Position numbers and translations under genes: made by a program
Part shown: positions 52,468 through 60,777 of the stretch, in pieces
Layout: each line of letters starts with the position of its first letter
Numbering within the stretch: the first letter of the stretch is position 1
The notes under the pieces: generated by a model
Told to the model about the DNA's origin: nothing
The model's input: only the letters and a program-made list of their open reading frames with translations
Databases searched by the model: none
Assembly (NCBI GenBank): GCA_903927905.1
Contig: CAIYOY010000145.1
Location: 3,871 to 67,870 of the forward strand
Direction: 5' to 3'
Length of the DNA: 64,000 nt
Origin: an uncultured Verrucomicrobiales bacterium
GTDB taxonomy: Bacteria; Verrucomicrobiota; Verrucomicrobiia; Limisphaerales; Palsa-1400

Positions 52468-53721
52468 ATGCAAACCCAACTGAAAGTCAAACTCTCCCTC
52501 TTCATGTTCATCCAGTATTTCATCTGGAGCGCGTGGTACATGAGCCTCGGAACCTATTTGACCACCACCCTGAAGTTCACCGGCGTTCAGGTCGGCGCGG
52601 CTTACGGGGCGTTTGCCATTGGTTCCATGATCTCTCCGTTTTTTGTCGGCTTGATCGCCGACCGCTATTTTTCCTCGGAGAAAATGCTGGCGGCTCTCGG
52701 AATCTTGGGCGGCGTGGTGCTTTGCTTGCTGCCTGCCATCACGTCATTTGGCTCGTTTTATCCGATGCTCATCGCTTATTGCGCCCTCTATACGCCGACC
52801 CTGGCGCTGGGCAATTCGCTTTCACTGCATCACTTGCAGGACGCGAAAAATGATTTTCCGCGGGTGAAGATATTTTCCGCCGTCGGCTGGATTGCGGGGG
52901 GCGGAGTATTGAGCCTGTTAAAGGGGGAACAATCGCCCATTCAATATTACCTCGCGGGCGGAGCTTCCGTTTTGTTGGGAATCATGTCGCTGATGCTCCC
53001 GCACACTCCGCCAAAAAAGACCGGCAAAAATGTCAGCCTGGGCGACTTGCTTGGGCTGGATGCGCTGGTGCTTTTGCGGAAACCGTCCTTTGCCATTTTC
53101 ATTGTTTGCATGTTCCTGATCTGTATTCCGCTTTATTTTTACTTTGCGCTGATGGGCATTTATCTGACCGATTTGCATTGGACCTATCCGGTTCTGAAAA
53201 TGACTTTGGCGCAGGTTTCTGATGTCATCTTTCTTTTCCTGCTGCCGATCATGCTGCGGCGTTTGGGTTACAAGAAAACCATTTTCATCGGCATCTTCGC
53301 GTGGGCGCTCCGCTATTTTTTCCTGGGGGCCAGCGCGAACATGATGGAACTGCAAACTGTTTTGATCTTTGCCGCGATCGTGGTGCATGGCGTTTGCTAC
53401 GATTTTCTTTTCATTGCCGGCCAACTTTATGTGGACGACGAATCCAACGAGCGGATTCGCGGCGCGTGCCAGGGTTTGATCGCCTTCATCCTGTGGGGCA
53501 TTGGCGCATTTGTCGGGGCGAGCCTGGCGGGAATGGTGCTGAGCCATTACACCGTCACCACCAATGATATCGCCGTGCATCAATGGTCGAAAATTTGGAC
53601 GGTCCCGGCGCTGGGCGCGGTGGCGGTGATGCTGGTCTTCCTCATTTTCTTCCGCGAACCGGAGAAGAAAGCGGCGCACACGGTTGCGGAAAGCGCTTCG
53701 GAGCCGACCACGCTGCCATAG
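52468..53721 (+). CDS. MFS nucleoside:H+ symporter family transporter (NupG/XapB-like)
   Basis: KLSLFMFIQYFIWSAWYMSLGTYL, ISPFFVGLIADRYFSSEK and 12 hydrophobic segments. The start is the ATG at 52468 in the longer open frame. Confidence 0.8.
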   Translation: MQTQLKVKLSLFMFIQYFIWSAWYMSLGTYLTTTLKFTGVQVGAAYGAFAIGSMISPFFVGLIADRYFSSEKMLAALGILGGVVLCLLPAITSFGSFYPMLIAYCALYTPTLALGNSLSLHHLQDAKNDFPRVKIFSAVGWIAGGGVLSLLKGEQSPIQYYLAGGASVLLGIMSLMLPHTPPKKTGKNVSLGDLLGLDALVLLRKPSFAIFIVCMFLICIPLYFYFALMGIYLTDLHWTYPVLKMTLAQVSDVIFLFLLPIMLRRLGYKKTIFIGIFAWALRYFFLGASANMMELQTVLIFAAIVVHGVCYDFLFIAGQLYVDDESNERIRGACQGLIAFILWGIGAFVGASLAGMVLSHYTVTTNDIAVHQWSKIWTVPALGAVAVMLVFLIFFREPEKKAAHTVAESASEPTTLP

Positions 53722-53725
53722 CAGC

Positions 53726-54997
53726 TTAAATTGATTTGCTGTAAATTTTCCGAAAGCTGTTCTTCGGGTTCAGCGGATCCACAAGGGTGATTCCATCTTT
53801 GCCAAAACGCGCCGTCACCGGCGCGCCTTTTCCCGCTTGGAGGTATTTATAATTCAAATCCCGCACTGCCGCCGCCGCCTCGATGATAGCCACGACAATT
53901 CGCCCATCCTCCGCCGTGGGATATAGCTCCGACAACGTTTCCCGTTTCTCCTGCCAGAATTTACTCCGGCACACCGCCGCAAAACCAACCGTCAGACTGT
54001 CCACGCCGTAGCCGATGTAGGCTTTCGTTCCGTCGGGCCGTAGGACATCACGAGTGAAATGGTTGTTGGAAGTGCGACTGCCCCCGCCATTGTTCCAAAA
54101 ACGAAACCCGCGATATTGCTGGTCTGATTCCACCTTGCCATCCGCGCCGACAATTTCGTGTCCTTGATTCACCGGGCCTTCGAAATCTTTGGGCGTGATC
54201 CAGTTGTTGTGAAAATTGATGCTCATGCCGTTGGCAAAATCCACCCGCACTTGGACGGCGTCGTAGGCGTTGATGCCCGCGCGTTTCAGCCGGCTTTTCT
54301 GGCCCACTGCTGTCAAAGAAACAGGTTTGCTGTGGTAATAACTCCAGATCAGATCCACCCAATGCGGACCGACATAGCTGAACGGATCGCTTTGCTCGGC
54401 CCATTTGAACGTGCTGAGGGAAACTTCCAGCGGCTCTTCCAGATAGGCCGTGCCATAAAGCGGCGCGCCGATGCGTTTTTGAATATCATCGCGGATGCGC
54501 AAATGATCGGGGTCATACCGCTTGTGCATGTCCACCGAGACGATGAGATTTTTCTTTTGGGCGAGCGCGATGATTTTGTCCGCTTCATCCGTGAAAAGGC
54601 ACATCGGCTTTTCCGTGATGACATGCGTGCCATTTTTCAGCGCGGCCAAAATGACTTCCGTATGCAGATTGTCCGGCGTGGCCACGGCCATCACATCCAG
54701 ATCAGGAAAATCCCGCAAAATATCATCCCAAGGGGTCGCGCCAAAATAGGCTTTCGGAGCGTGACCGGTCCATTTCTTGAAATTTTTTTGCGCTCGTTTG
54801 GCCGATTTCTCCGAGCGCGTCGCCACCGCGACCAGATCAAATTGGATCGCGGAAAAATCGCGCGTCCATTTGTCCAATCCGACGCGGCCCAATTGCGGAC
54901 TAAGGCCAAAGCGCTGCAAATCCGCGTAAGCGCGCAAATGAACATCACCGCCGAACATGCCGGCGCCAACCAGTGCTATTTTGACTCTGCCTTCCAT
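53726..54997 (-). CDS. Gfo/Idh/MocA-family NAD(P)-dependent oxidoreductase
   Basis: The Rossmann motif is VKIALVGAGMFGG and EKPM is present. At 423 aa it has an extended C-terminal dimerisation domain. Confidence 0.8.
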   Translation of the reverse strand: MEGRVKIALVGAGMFGGDVHLRAYADLQRFGLSPQLGRVGLDKWTRDFSAIQFDLVAVATRSEKSAKRAQKNFKKWTGHAPKAYFGATPWDDILRDFPDLDVMAVATPDNLHTEVILAALKNGTHVITEKPMCLFTDEADKIIALAQKKNLIVSVDMHKRYDPDHLRIRDDIQKRIGAPLYGTAYLEEPLEVSLSTFKWAEQSDPFSYVGPHWVDLIWSYYHSKPVSLTAVGQKSRLKRAGINAYDAVQVRVDFANGMSINFHNNWITPKDFEGPVNQGHEIVGADGKVESDQQYRGFRFWNNGGGSRTSNNHFTRDVLRPDGTKAYIGYGVDSLTVGFAAVCRSKFWQEKRETLSELYPTAEDGRIVVAIIEAAAAVRDLNYKYLQAGKGAPVTARFGKDGITLVDPLNPKNSFRKIYSKSI

Positions 54998-55058
54998 TTG
55001 GCGTTAAATCATGGCCGTTGGAAGTTCAAAGTTCAAAGTTTAAAATTCAAAGTTAAAG

Positions 55059-55775
55059 ATGATCGGCGCGGCCATCAATGTTGCGGGAATTGTTCTGGGT
55101 GGAGTTCTTGGTTTGACCGTCAAAAAGTCGATCCCGGCCAAACGCCAGTCCGGACTGCAGGCGGTCCTAGGCGTTTTCATCCTTTGGTTCGGATTAAAGC
55201 TGACGTGGAACAGTCTGAACGGCAGTTTTCGCCAAGTCCTGAAACAGTTGGCCATTGTCCTCCTCGCCATGACCCTCGGCAAACTTTTGGGAAAACTATT
55301 ACATCTGCAAAAAGAATCCAATCGTGTCGGACAATTCGCCACCCGCAAAATGGAGCATGGCGGTTCTAAAAAATTCAGCGACGGGTTCCTCGTTGCCACC
55401 GGCCTGTTCTGTATCGGGCCGTTGACTCCCTTCGCGTCCGTGCAGGAAGGTTTGGCCGGGTTCGCGCCGATCTTCATCGTCAAAGCCATCATGGATGGTC
55501 TGGCGGCGATGGCCTTCGCCCGGATGTTCGGCTGGGGCGTCCTCGTTTCTGCTCTCCCGGTTTTTGCGCTGCAAGCGACCATTATCCGTACTGTTCGATT
55601 GCTCGAGCCAACACTGCACCAGCAAGCTTTACCGTTGATTGATTCCATTTACGCCACCGATGGTTTGCTCATCTTCTGCGTGTCCTTGATTATCTTGCAA
55701 CTCAAGAAAATCGAAGTCGCCGACTACCTCCCCAGCCTGGCGCTCGCGCCCCTCTTGACGTGGTTGTTGCGTTAA
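55059..55775 (+). CDS. DUF554-family membrane protein (YdfK/YqgA-like)
   Basis: MIGAAINVAGIVLGGVLG, GLFCIGPLT..AS.QEGL and KAIMDGLAAMAFA are typical DUF554 blocks. Confidence 0.8.
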   Translation: MIGAAINVAGIVLGGVLGLTVKKSIPAKRQSGLQAVLGVFILWFGLKLTWNSLNGSFRQVLKQLAIVLLAMTLGKLLGKLLHLQKESNRVGQFATRKMEHGGSKKFSDGFLVATGLFCIGPLTPFASVQEGLAGFAPIFIVKAIMDGLAAMAFARMFGWGVLVSALPVFALQATIIRTVRLLEPTLHQQALPLIDSIYATDGLLIFCVSLIILQLKKIEVADYLPSLALAPLLTWLLR

Positions 55776-55783
55776 TCAGTCGC

Positions 55784-56182
55784 TCAAGCGAAGATGGCTT
55801 TGAATCCAGCCTGTTCGAAATGCCGGTCTTCAGTCAGGGCTTCTTTGAGATCATGTTCCTGCATCACGATGAAAGAAATGCAATCGGTCAGCGACCAGTT
55901 TTTGTCAGCACGTTGGGCGAATAATTCCAAGCCTCGTTGTAATAGTTGTGAATCCAAGGGAATAATTTTCGTGCGAGGGCTGGCTCTCATTCCGGCCAGC
56001 AGGGCCAGAAAATCGGAATGATCCTCTGCACGAGAAAAGGCATTACCCAACTCCAAAACTATGAACTCCGTGGTGACAATCATCCGGTTGAGCTTTGACT
56101 CCGCCATGACCTGGCGATGCAACGGATCACGTTCATCCAATAGCGCTTGATAGAAAAACGTGTCAGCAAAAACAGCGTTCAC
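55784..56182 (-). CDS. PIN-domain toxin (VapC-like)
   Basis: The GTG start overlaps the antitoxin stop (GTGA). VFADTFFYQALLD, TTEFIVLELGN, WSLTDCISFIVMQE and LTEDRHFEQAGF are present. Confidence 0.78.
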   Translation of the reverse strand: MNAVFADTFFYQALLDERDPLHRQVMAESKLNRMIVTTEFIVLELGNAFSRAEDHSDFLALLAGMRASPRTKIIPLDSQLLQRGLELFAQRADKNWSLTDCISFIVMQEHDLKEALTEDRHFEQAGFKAIFA

Positions 56183-56400
56183 GACTTCTTGGGAGTTCCG
56201 TACAAATGATGGTCGAGATTTCGGGCGTAATCTTTGGGCCAATGCGGACGGGGTTTGGCCAGTTTCTCCACTGCCGCCAGAAAGGGATCCTGCTCCGGCG
56301 TCAATTTTTCTGGAAACACCTCCACCGCCGTTCCATCGGGCAGACCCGCTTCGGGCGGTAGCACCACAACCCCATTCTTAACTGTGCCTTTGAAGCTCAC
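56179..56400 (-). CDS. Antitoxin (short beta-barrel/AbrB-like N-terminus) of the PIN toxin
   Basis: MSFKGTVKNGVVVLPPEAGLPDGTAVEVFPE is a common antitoxin N-terminal pattern. The gene is translationally coupled to the PIN gene. Confidence 0.7.
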   Translation of the reverse strand: MSFKGTVKNGVVVLPPEAGLPDGTAVEVFPEKLTPEQDPFLAAVEKLAKPRPHWPKDYARNLDHHLYGTPKKS

Positions 56401-56694
56401 ATTTAATTTCTACCCCAAAACCGCCGCCGAAGCAAGCTCTGGCCAAACCCAAATATTGCGCCAGCCTAACAACTGAGGCTTGATAATATTACGTGAATCG
56501 GGAAAATGTCCCTATTCAATAGTTAGACGGTCGCATCGTCACCAATTTTCATGAATTTACCAGAACACCGGAGCAGTGCAGCCCCCTCAGAATCATCCAT
56601 TATGTGTTTCCGGGAAGCGAACGATATGCACCTGATTGCCGGGACAGAATCTTCTTGAAAGCCGTTTAGCCCCCGACCGATACTATTACCGAAT

Positions 56695-57855
56695 ATGAAA
56701 TCAGTTCGTCTCGGCATAATCGGCATGGGCAACATCGGCAGTCACCATGCCCAATATCTTTCCGCCGGCAAGATCTCCCGTTGCCAGCTCACCGCCGTCT
56801 CCGATGCTTTCCCGGAAAAACTCGCGCCTTATACCGCCAAAGGAATCAAGGTCTTCAAAGAAGGCGAAGACTTGATCAAATCCGGCGAAGTGGATGCTGT
56901 GGTCATCGCCACGCCGCATTATCAGCATACCACCCTCGGCATCACCGCGCTCAAAGCAGGTTTGCATATCATGGTGGAAAAACCGATTTCCGCCCACAAA
57001 GCCGATGCCGAACGACTCATCGCCTCGCATAAGCAAAATCCCAAACTTGTTTTCGGCGGCATGTTCCAGCTCCGCACCGAGAACCGTTACGTCAAAATCA
57101 AAAAACTTATCACCGATGGCAGCCTCGGTGAATTGACCCGATTTTCCTGGATCGTCACCGATTGGTTTCGCACCGAGGCGTATTATGCCAGCGGCGGCTG
57201 GCGCGCGACTTGGAAGGGCGAGGGTGGCGGCGTGCTCCTGAATCAATGTTTGCACCAACTCGACATGTTGCAATGGCTGCTTGGCATGCCCGCGCGCGTG
57301 CGCAGCTTTGTGCAACTCGGCCGTTTCCATAACATCGAGGTCGAAGATAACGTCACCTCGTACATGGAATTTCCCAATGGCGCGGCTGGCGTGTTTACTT
57401 CCACCACCGGCGAAGCCCCTGGCACCAACCGTTTTGAAATCGTCGGCACCATGGGCAAAATCGTCCTGGAAAACGACAAGCTCAGCTTCACCCGCAATGA
57501 AGTTTCCATGATTGAGCAAAGCAAAACCGCCAAGCTCGGTTTCCAGAAACCTGCGATTTGGAATGTGGATATTCCCATCTCCACCGAACCCGCCCAGCAC
57601 GCCACGTTGATGCAAAATTTCGTTGACTCCATCCTCGACGGCACGCCGTTGATCTGCCCCGGTGAAGAAGGCATTCAATCCGTGGAAATGGCCAACGTCA
57701 TGCTCTACTCCGGCTTGATCAATCAAACGATTGAACTGCCGATGGACAGCGCCGCCTACGAGAAAAAACTGAACGAATTGATCGCCAATTCCAAGACCGA
57801 GAAAAAAGTGGTGCAAATCTCCAACGAAGATTTCACCAAGTCATTCACCCGATAA
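56695..57855 (+). CDS. Gfo/Idh/MocA-family oxidoreductase
   Basis: VRLGIIGMGNIGSHH, VVIATPHYQH, MVEKPIS and GGGVLLNQCLHQLD. Confidence 0.85.
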   Translation: MKSVRLGIIGMGNIGSHHAQYLSAGKISRCQLTAVSDAFPEKLAPYTAKGIKVFKEGEDLIKSGEVDAVVIATPHYQHTTLGITALKAGLHIMVEKPISAHKADAERLIASHKQNPKLVFGGMFQLRTENRYVKIKKLITDGSLGELTRFSWIVTDWFRTEAYYASGGWRATWKGEGGGVLLNQCLHQLDMLQWLLGMPARVRSFVQLGRFHNIEVEDNVTSYMEFPNGAAGVFTSTTGEAPGTNRFEIVGTMGKIVLENDKLSFTRNEVSMIEQSKTAKLGFQKPAIWNVDIPISTEPAQHATLMQNFVDSILDGTPLICPGEEGIQSVEMANVMLYSGLINQTIELPMDSAAYEKKLNELIANSKTEKKVVQISNEDFTKSFTR

Positions 57856-57859
57856 TTTT

Positions 57860-58744
57860 ATGATCCTGACAGGAATAGGCGACGAAGCCGGCGTCAAACT
57901 CGACGCGCAAATTAAAGCGACCAAAGAACTCGGCTGGAAACATCTCGAGATGCGTTTCGTGGAAGTGCCTGGCTTTGCCAAGGCCAATTTCCACGACATT
58001 CCCGACCAAGCCTTTGATATTTGCGTGGAAGAATTGAGCAAGGCCGGCATCGGCGTTTATGCCTTCGGTTCTGCCATCGCCAATTGGGCCAAGAAAATCA
58101 CCGATCCTTTTGATATCACCGTCGCCGAGGTGAATCGCTGCATCCCGCGCATGCAAAAATTGGGGACGAAGTATGTCCGTATCATGAGTTTCAAGCCGAC
58201 GGACACGGATGAAAAAACTCCGGCGGAAGTTTTTTATCGCATCAACGAAGTGACCAAAATGTTTCTCGGCGCGGGCATCACGCCCGTGCATGAAAACTGC
58301 ATGAATTACGGCGGCATGAGCTGGCAGCACGGGCTTGAACTATTGGAAAAATGTCCCGGCCTGAAATGGGTCTTCGACACCGGCAACCCCGTTTTCAATG
58401 CCGACCGCATGAAACCCAAACCCTGGCCGCGTCAGGATGCGTGGGAATTCTGGGAACACATCCGCGATCACGTCGCGCACATCCACATCAAGGACGCGAC
58501 CTATGTCCCGGCCAAAAACGATTGCGATTACAATTACCCAGGCGAAGGCCAGGGGCATGTGCGCAAGATTCTGAAGGATGCCTTCGCGCGTGGCTATGAT
58601 GCCGGTATTTCCATTGAGCCGCATGTGGCGGTTGTTTTCCACGATGCCTCGGTCAAGGCGGATGACAAAGTGGTTTATGACAGCTATGTAAAATATGGTC
58701 GGCAATTGGAACAGATGATCAATGAGATCAAGGCGAGCAAGTAA
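57860..58744 (+). CDS. Sugar phosphate isomerase/epimerase (xylose-isomerase-like TIM barrel)
   Basis: It starts 4 nt after the previous gene. YVRIMSF, VHENCMNYGG, FDTGNP, HIHIKD and SIEPH are metal/active-site blocks of this fold. Confidence 0.78.
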   Translation: MILTGIGDEAGVKLDAQIKATKELGWKHLEMRFVEVPGFAKANFHDIPDQAFDICVEELSKAGIGVYAFGSAIANWAKKITDPFDITVAEVNRCIPRMQKLGTKYVRIMSFKPTDTDEKTPAEVFYRINEVTKMFLGAGITPVHENCMNYGGMSWQHGLELLEKCPGLKWVFDTGNPVFNADRMKPKPWPRQDAWEFWEHIRDHVAHIHIKDATYVPAKNDCDYNYPGEGQGHVRKILKDAFARGYDAGISIEPHVAVVFHDASVKADDKVVYDSYVKYGRQLEQMINEIKASK

Positions 58745-58764
58745 TCGTTTTGTCTGATTGAACA

Positions 58765-58865
58765 AAAAGCGCCAGAGGACCGGCGCAGTCCAAAAGCTGT
58801 CGCCAAGTTCGTCGCTCCATGAAACGCGTTAGCGTCTTGGACTGCGCCGGTCCTCTGGCGCTTTT
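58765..58865. repeat. Perfect 29-bp inverted repeat with 43-nt spacer between convergent genes
   Basis: AAAAGCGCCAGAGGACCGGCGCAGTCCAA (58765-58793) faces TTGGACTGCGCCGGTCCTCTGGCGCTTTT (58837-58865). Confidence 0.9.
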
Positions 58866-58878
58866 GCCTTTAGCAATC

Positions 58879-59664
58879 TCACCGGAAATCCTGCCACTCC
58901 GGCTCGTTCTCGAAAATCCAGCGGTAATAATCCGTTGCCTGCAATTTACCGGCGGCTTCCTCATCCACCACCACAGTGCAGCGCGGATGCCATTGCAGCG
59001 CGGTCGCGGAAATCATCGAGGTCATCGGCCCTTCCACCGCTTTGGCCAGGATGTCCGCCTTACTTTTTCCGGTGGCCAGCAAGATGCAGCGGCGCGATTC
59101 CAAGATTGTTCCCACCCCCATGGTAAAGGCCCGGTGCGGCACTTTGCTGATATCGCCGAACAGCGCGGCATTTTGTTCACGCGTCGTCGGGGTCAAGGCT
59201 TTGACCCTGGTGCGCGATTGCAGCGCGGACAGCGGTTCGTTAAAACCGATGTGCCCCGCCTTGCCGATGCCGAGCAATTGCAAATCAATCCCGCCGGAAT
59301 TTTTAATCCGTTGCTCGTAATGATTACATTCGGAATCGAAGTCCTTGGCCAAACCGTAAGGCAGATGGGTGTTGCGCTTGTCCAGATTCACGTGGCTGAA
59401 CAAATGCTGCTCCATGTAATAGCGGTAGGAATGTGGATCGGTCGGTGCCAGTCCGACGTATTCATCGAGGTTAAAGGTGTGGCACAACGAGAAATCCAAC
59501 TGGCTTTCCTTGTGCAATTTAACCACCTGTTGATAGACCATCTCCATGGTGCGACCGGTGGCCAGGCCGAGAACCAGGTGCGGGTTGGCCCGTAGTTCTT
59601 TGGCCATGATCTGCGCCACCAGCAGCGCGGCAGAATCTTTGTTTGGACGAATAATAACTTCCAC
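58879..59664 (-). CDS. nagB: Glucosamine-6-phosphate deaminase
   Basis: VLGLATGRTM, FNLDEYVGL, LLGIGKAGHIGFNEP and ATALQWHP. Confidence 0.93.
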   Translation of the reverse strand: MEVIIRPNKDSAALLVAQIMAKELRANPHLVLGLATGRTMEMVYQQVVKLHKESQLDFSLCHTFNLDEYVGLAPTDPHSYRYYMEQHLFSHVNLDKRNTHLPYGLAKDFDSECNHYEQRIKNSGGIDLQLLGIGKAGHIGFNEPLSALQSRTRVKALTPTTREQNAALFGDISKVPHRAFTMGVGTILESRRCILLATGKSKADILAKAVEGPMTSMISATALQWHPRCTVVVDEEAAGKLQATDYYRWIFENEPEWQDFR

Positions 59665-59812
59665 AGCCCTCTATTTAACCTCCCCGCCCGTCCCTCGCAA
59701 TCAAAGAACGCTTCTCGCCTTCATCGCAAATGAACACTTTTTCATATTTGCAAGAGGGATTTTTTCAGATTCCTGTGTTAGTGGTATCTGCGAACAGCAA
59801 CCAAAAAGCTAT

Positions 59813-60757
59813 ATGAATACATTTAAAGCCAGTCTGCTCTGCCTTTGCGCTCTGACCACCGCCAGTTACGCCGGGACTGAACAAAAATGGGCCGAGCTAC
59901 CGGCTGCGGTCCGCGCCGCCATCGTCGCCAACGGCGGGAAAGAAGGCCAATCCGTGGACAAGGAAAATGGCCAACTCAATGGCCAAGATTATTACGAAGC
60001 CGGAGTCAAAGATAAAAACGGCGCGGTAGCCGATCTCGTCTTCACTGCCGACGGCAAGCTGGTCGAGACCAAGCATGATGACGCTGATGACCGCGCCAAG
60101 GAATTGGAGGCCCAGGCCAAAAAATCGAAGCCCGTCAAAAAAACACCGACTTTCAGCCATCCCCGCGACATCTATAATCCCTTCGTCCCGATGTCCTACA
60201 TTAAACAGGATGTCCTCGAAGGCCGCGAGGGGCCAAAAAAAGTCCGCGTCGAACGCACAGCCAAACCGGATCTGCACAAGACATTTAAGATTGGAAAACA
60301 AGAAGTCGAAGCCCTGGTCGTCGAAGATCGCGAATGGGAAAACGGCGAATTGTCCGAAGTGGCGGTGGATTATTTCGCGCAGGCCGACGACGGCACGGTT
60401 TATTATCTGGGCGAAGACGTGGACGAATACGAGGGCGGCAAATTAAAAGGGCACGACGGCTCCTGGCTTCTCGGCAAAGACACCAAAAAGCCCGGCGTCG
60501 TCCTTCCAGCCCATCCCAAAGTCGGCGATAAATTTAAAACCGAAGATGTCTCCAAAGAAATCAATGAAAAGGACGAAGTAATATCCGTGACAGAAACTGT
60601 CGCCACCCCGGCGGGAACGTATCACGATTGCGTGAAGGTAAAAGAAATGCTGGCCGACGGCACGGTCGAATACAAATATTATGCCGCCGGCGTCGGCGTG
60701 GTCCGGGAACAACCGGCGGATGGCGATGTGCTGTTACAATCGCATAACACCAAATAA
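59813..60757 (+). CDS. Hypothetical secreted protein
   Basis: The in-frame ATG at 59813 gives a signal peptide (MNTFKASLLCLCALTTASYAG). A PepSY-like N-terminal segment (YYEAGVKDKNGAVADLVFTADGKLVE) follows. The upstream part of the ORF-track entry is antisense to nagB. Confidence 0.55.
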   Translation: MNTFKASLLCLCALTTASYAGTEQKWAELPAAVRAAIVANGGKEGQSVDKENGQLNGQDYYEAGVKDKNGAVADLVFTADGKLVETKHDDADDRAKELEAQAKKSKPVKKTPTFSHPRDIYNPFVPMSYIKQDVLEGREGPKKVRVERTAKPDLHKTFKIGKQEVEALVVEDREWENGELSEVAVDYFAQADDGTVYYLGEDVDEYEGGKLKGHDGSWLLGKDTKKPGVVLPAHPKVGDKFKTEDVSKEINEKDEVISVTETVATPAGTYHDCVKVKEMLADGTVEYKYYAAGVGVVREQPADGDVLLQSHNTK

Positions 60758-60777
60758 GCCTGGCCGTGGAATTGCGC

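Noticed and set aside
52009-52479. A 156-aa minus-strand ORF spanning the gap between the response regulator and the nucleoside permease.
   Set aside because: I found no recognisable family. It runs through a + strand terminator hairpin and the structured leader, and its composition is unremarkable. I treated the region as non-coding RNA/UTR instead.
54158-55369. A 403-aa + strand ORF, together with 56701-57816 (371-aa minus-strand ORF) and 58819-59595 (258 aa).
   Set aside because: They are antisense to the Gfo/Idh/MocA genes and nagB respectively. They are R/H/G-rich with no motifs. The 58819 ORF also starts inside the 29-bp inverted repeat.
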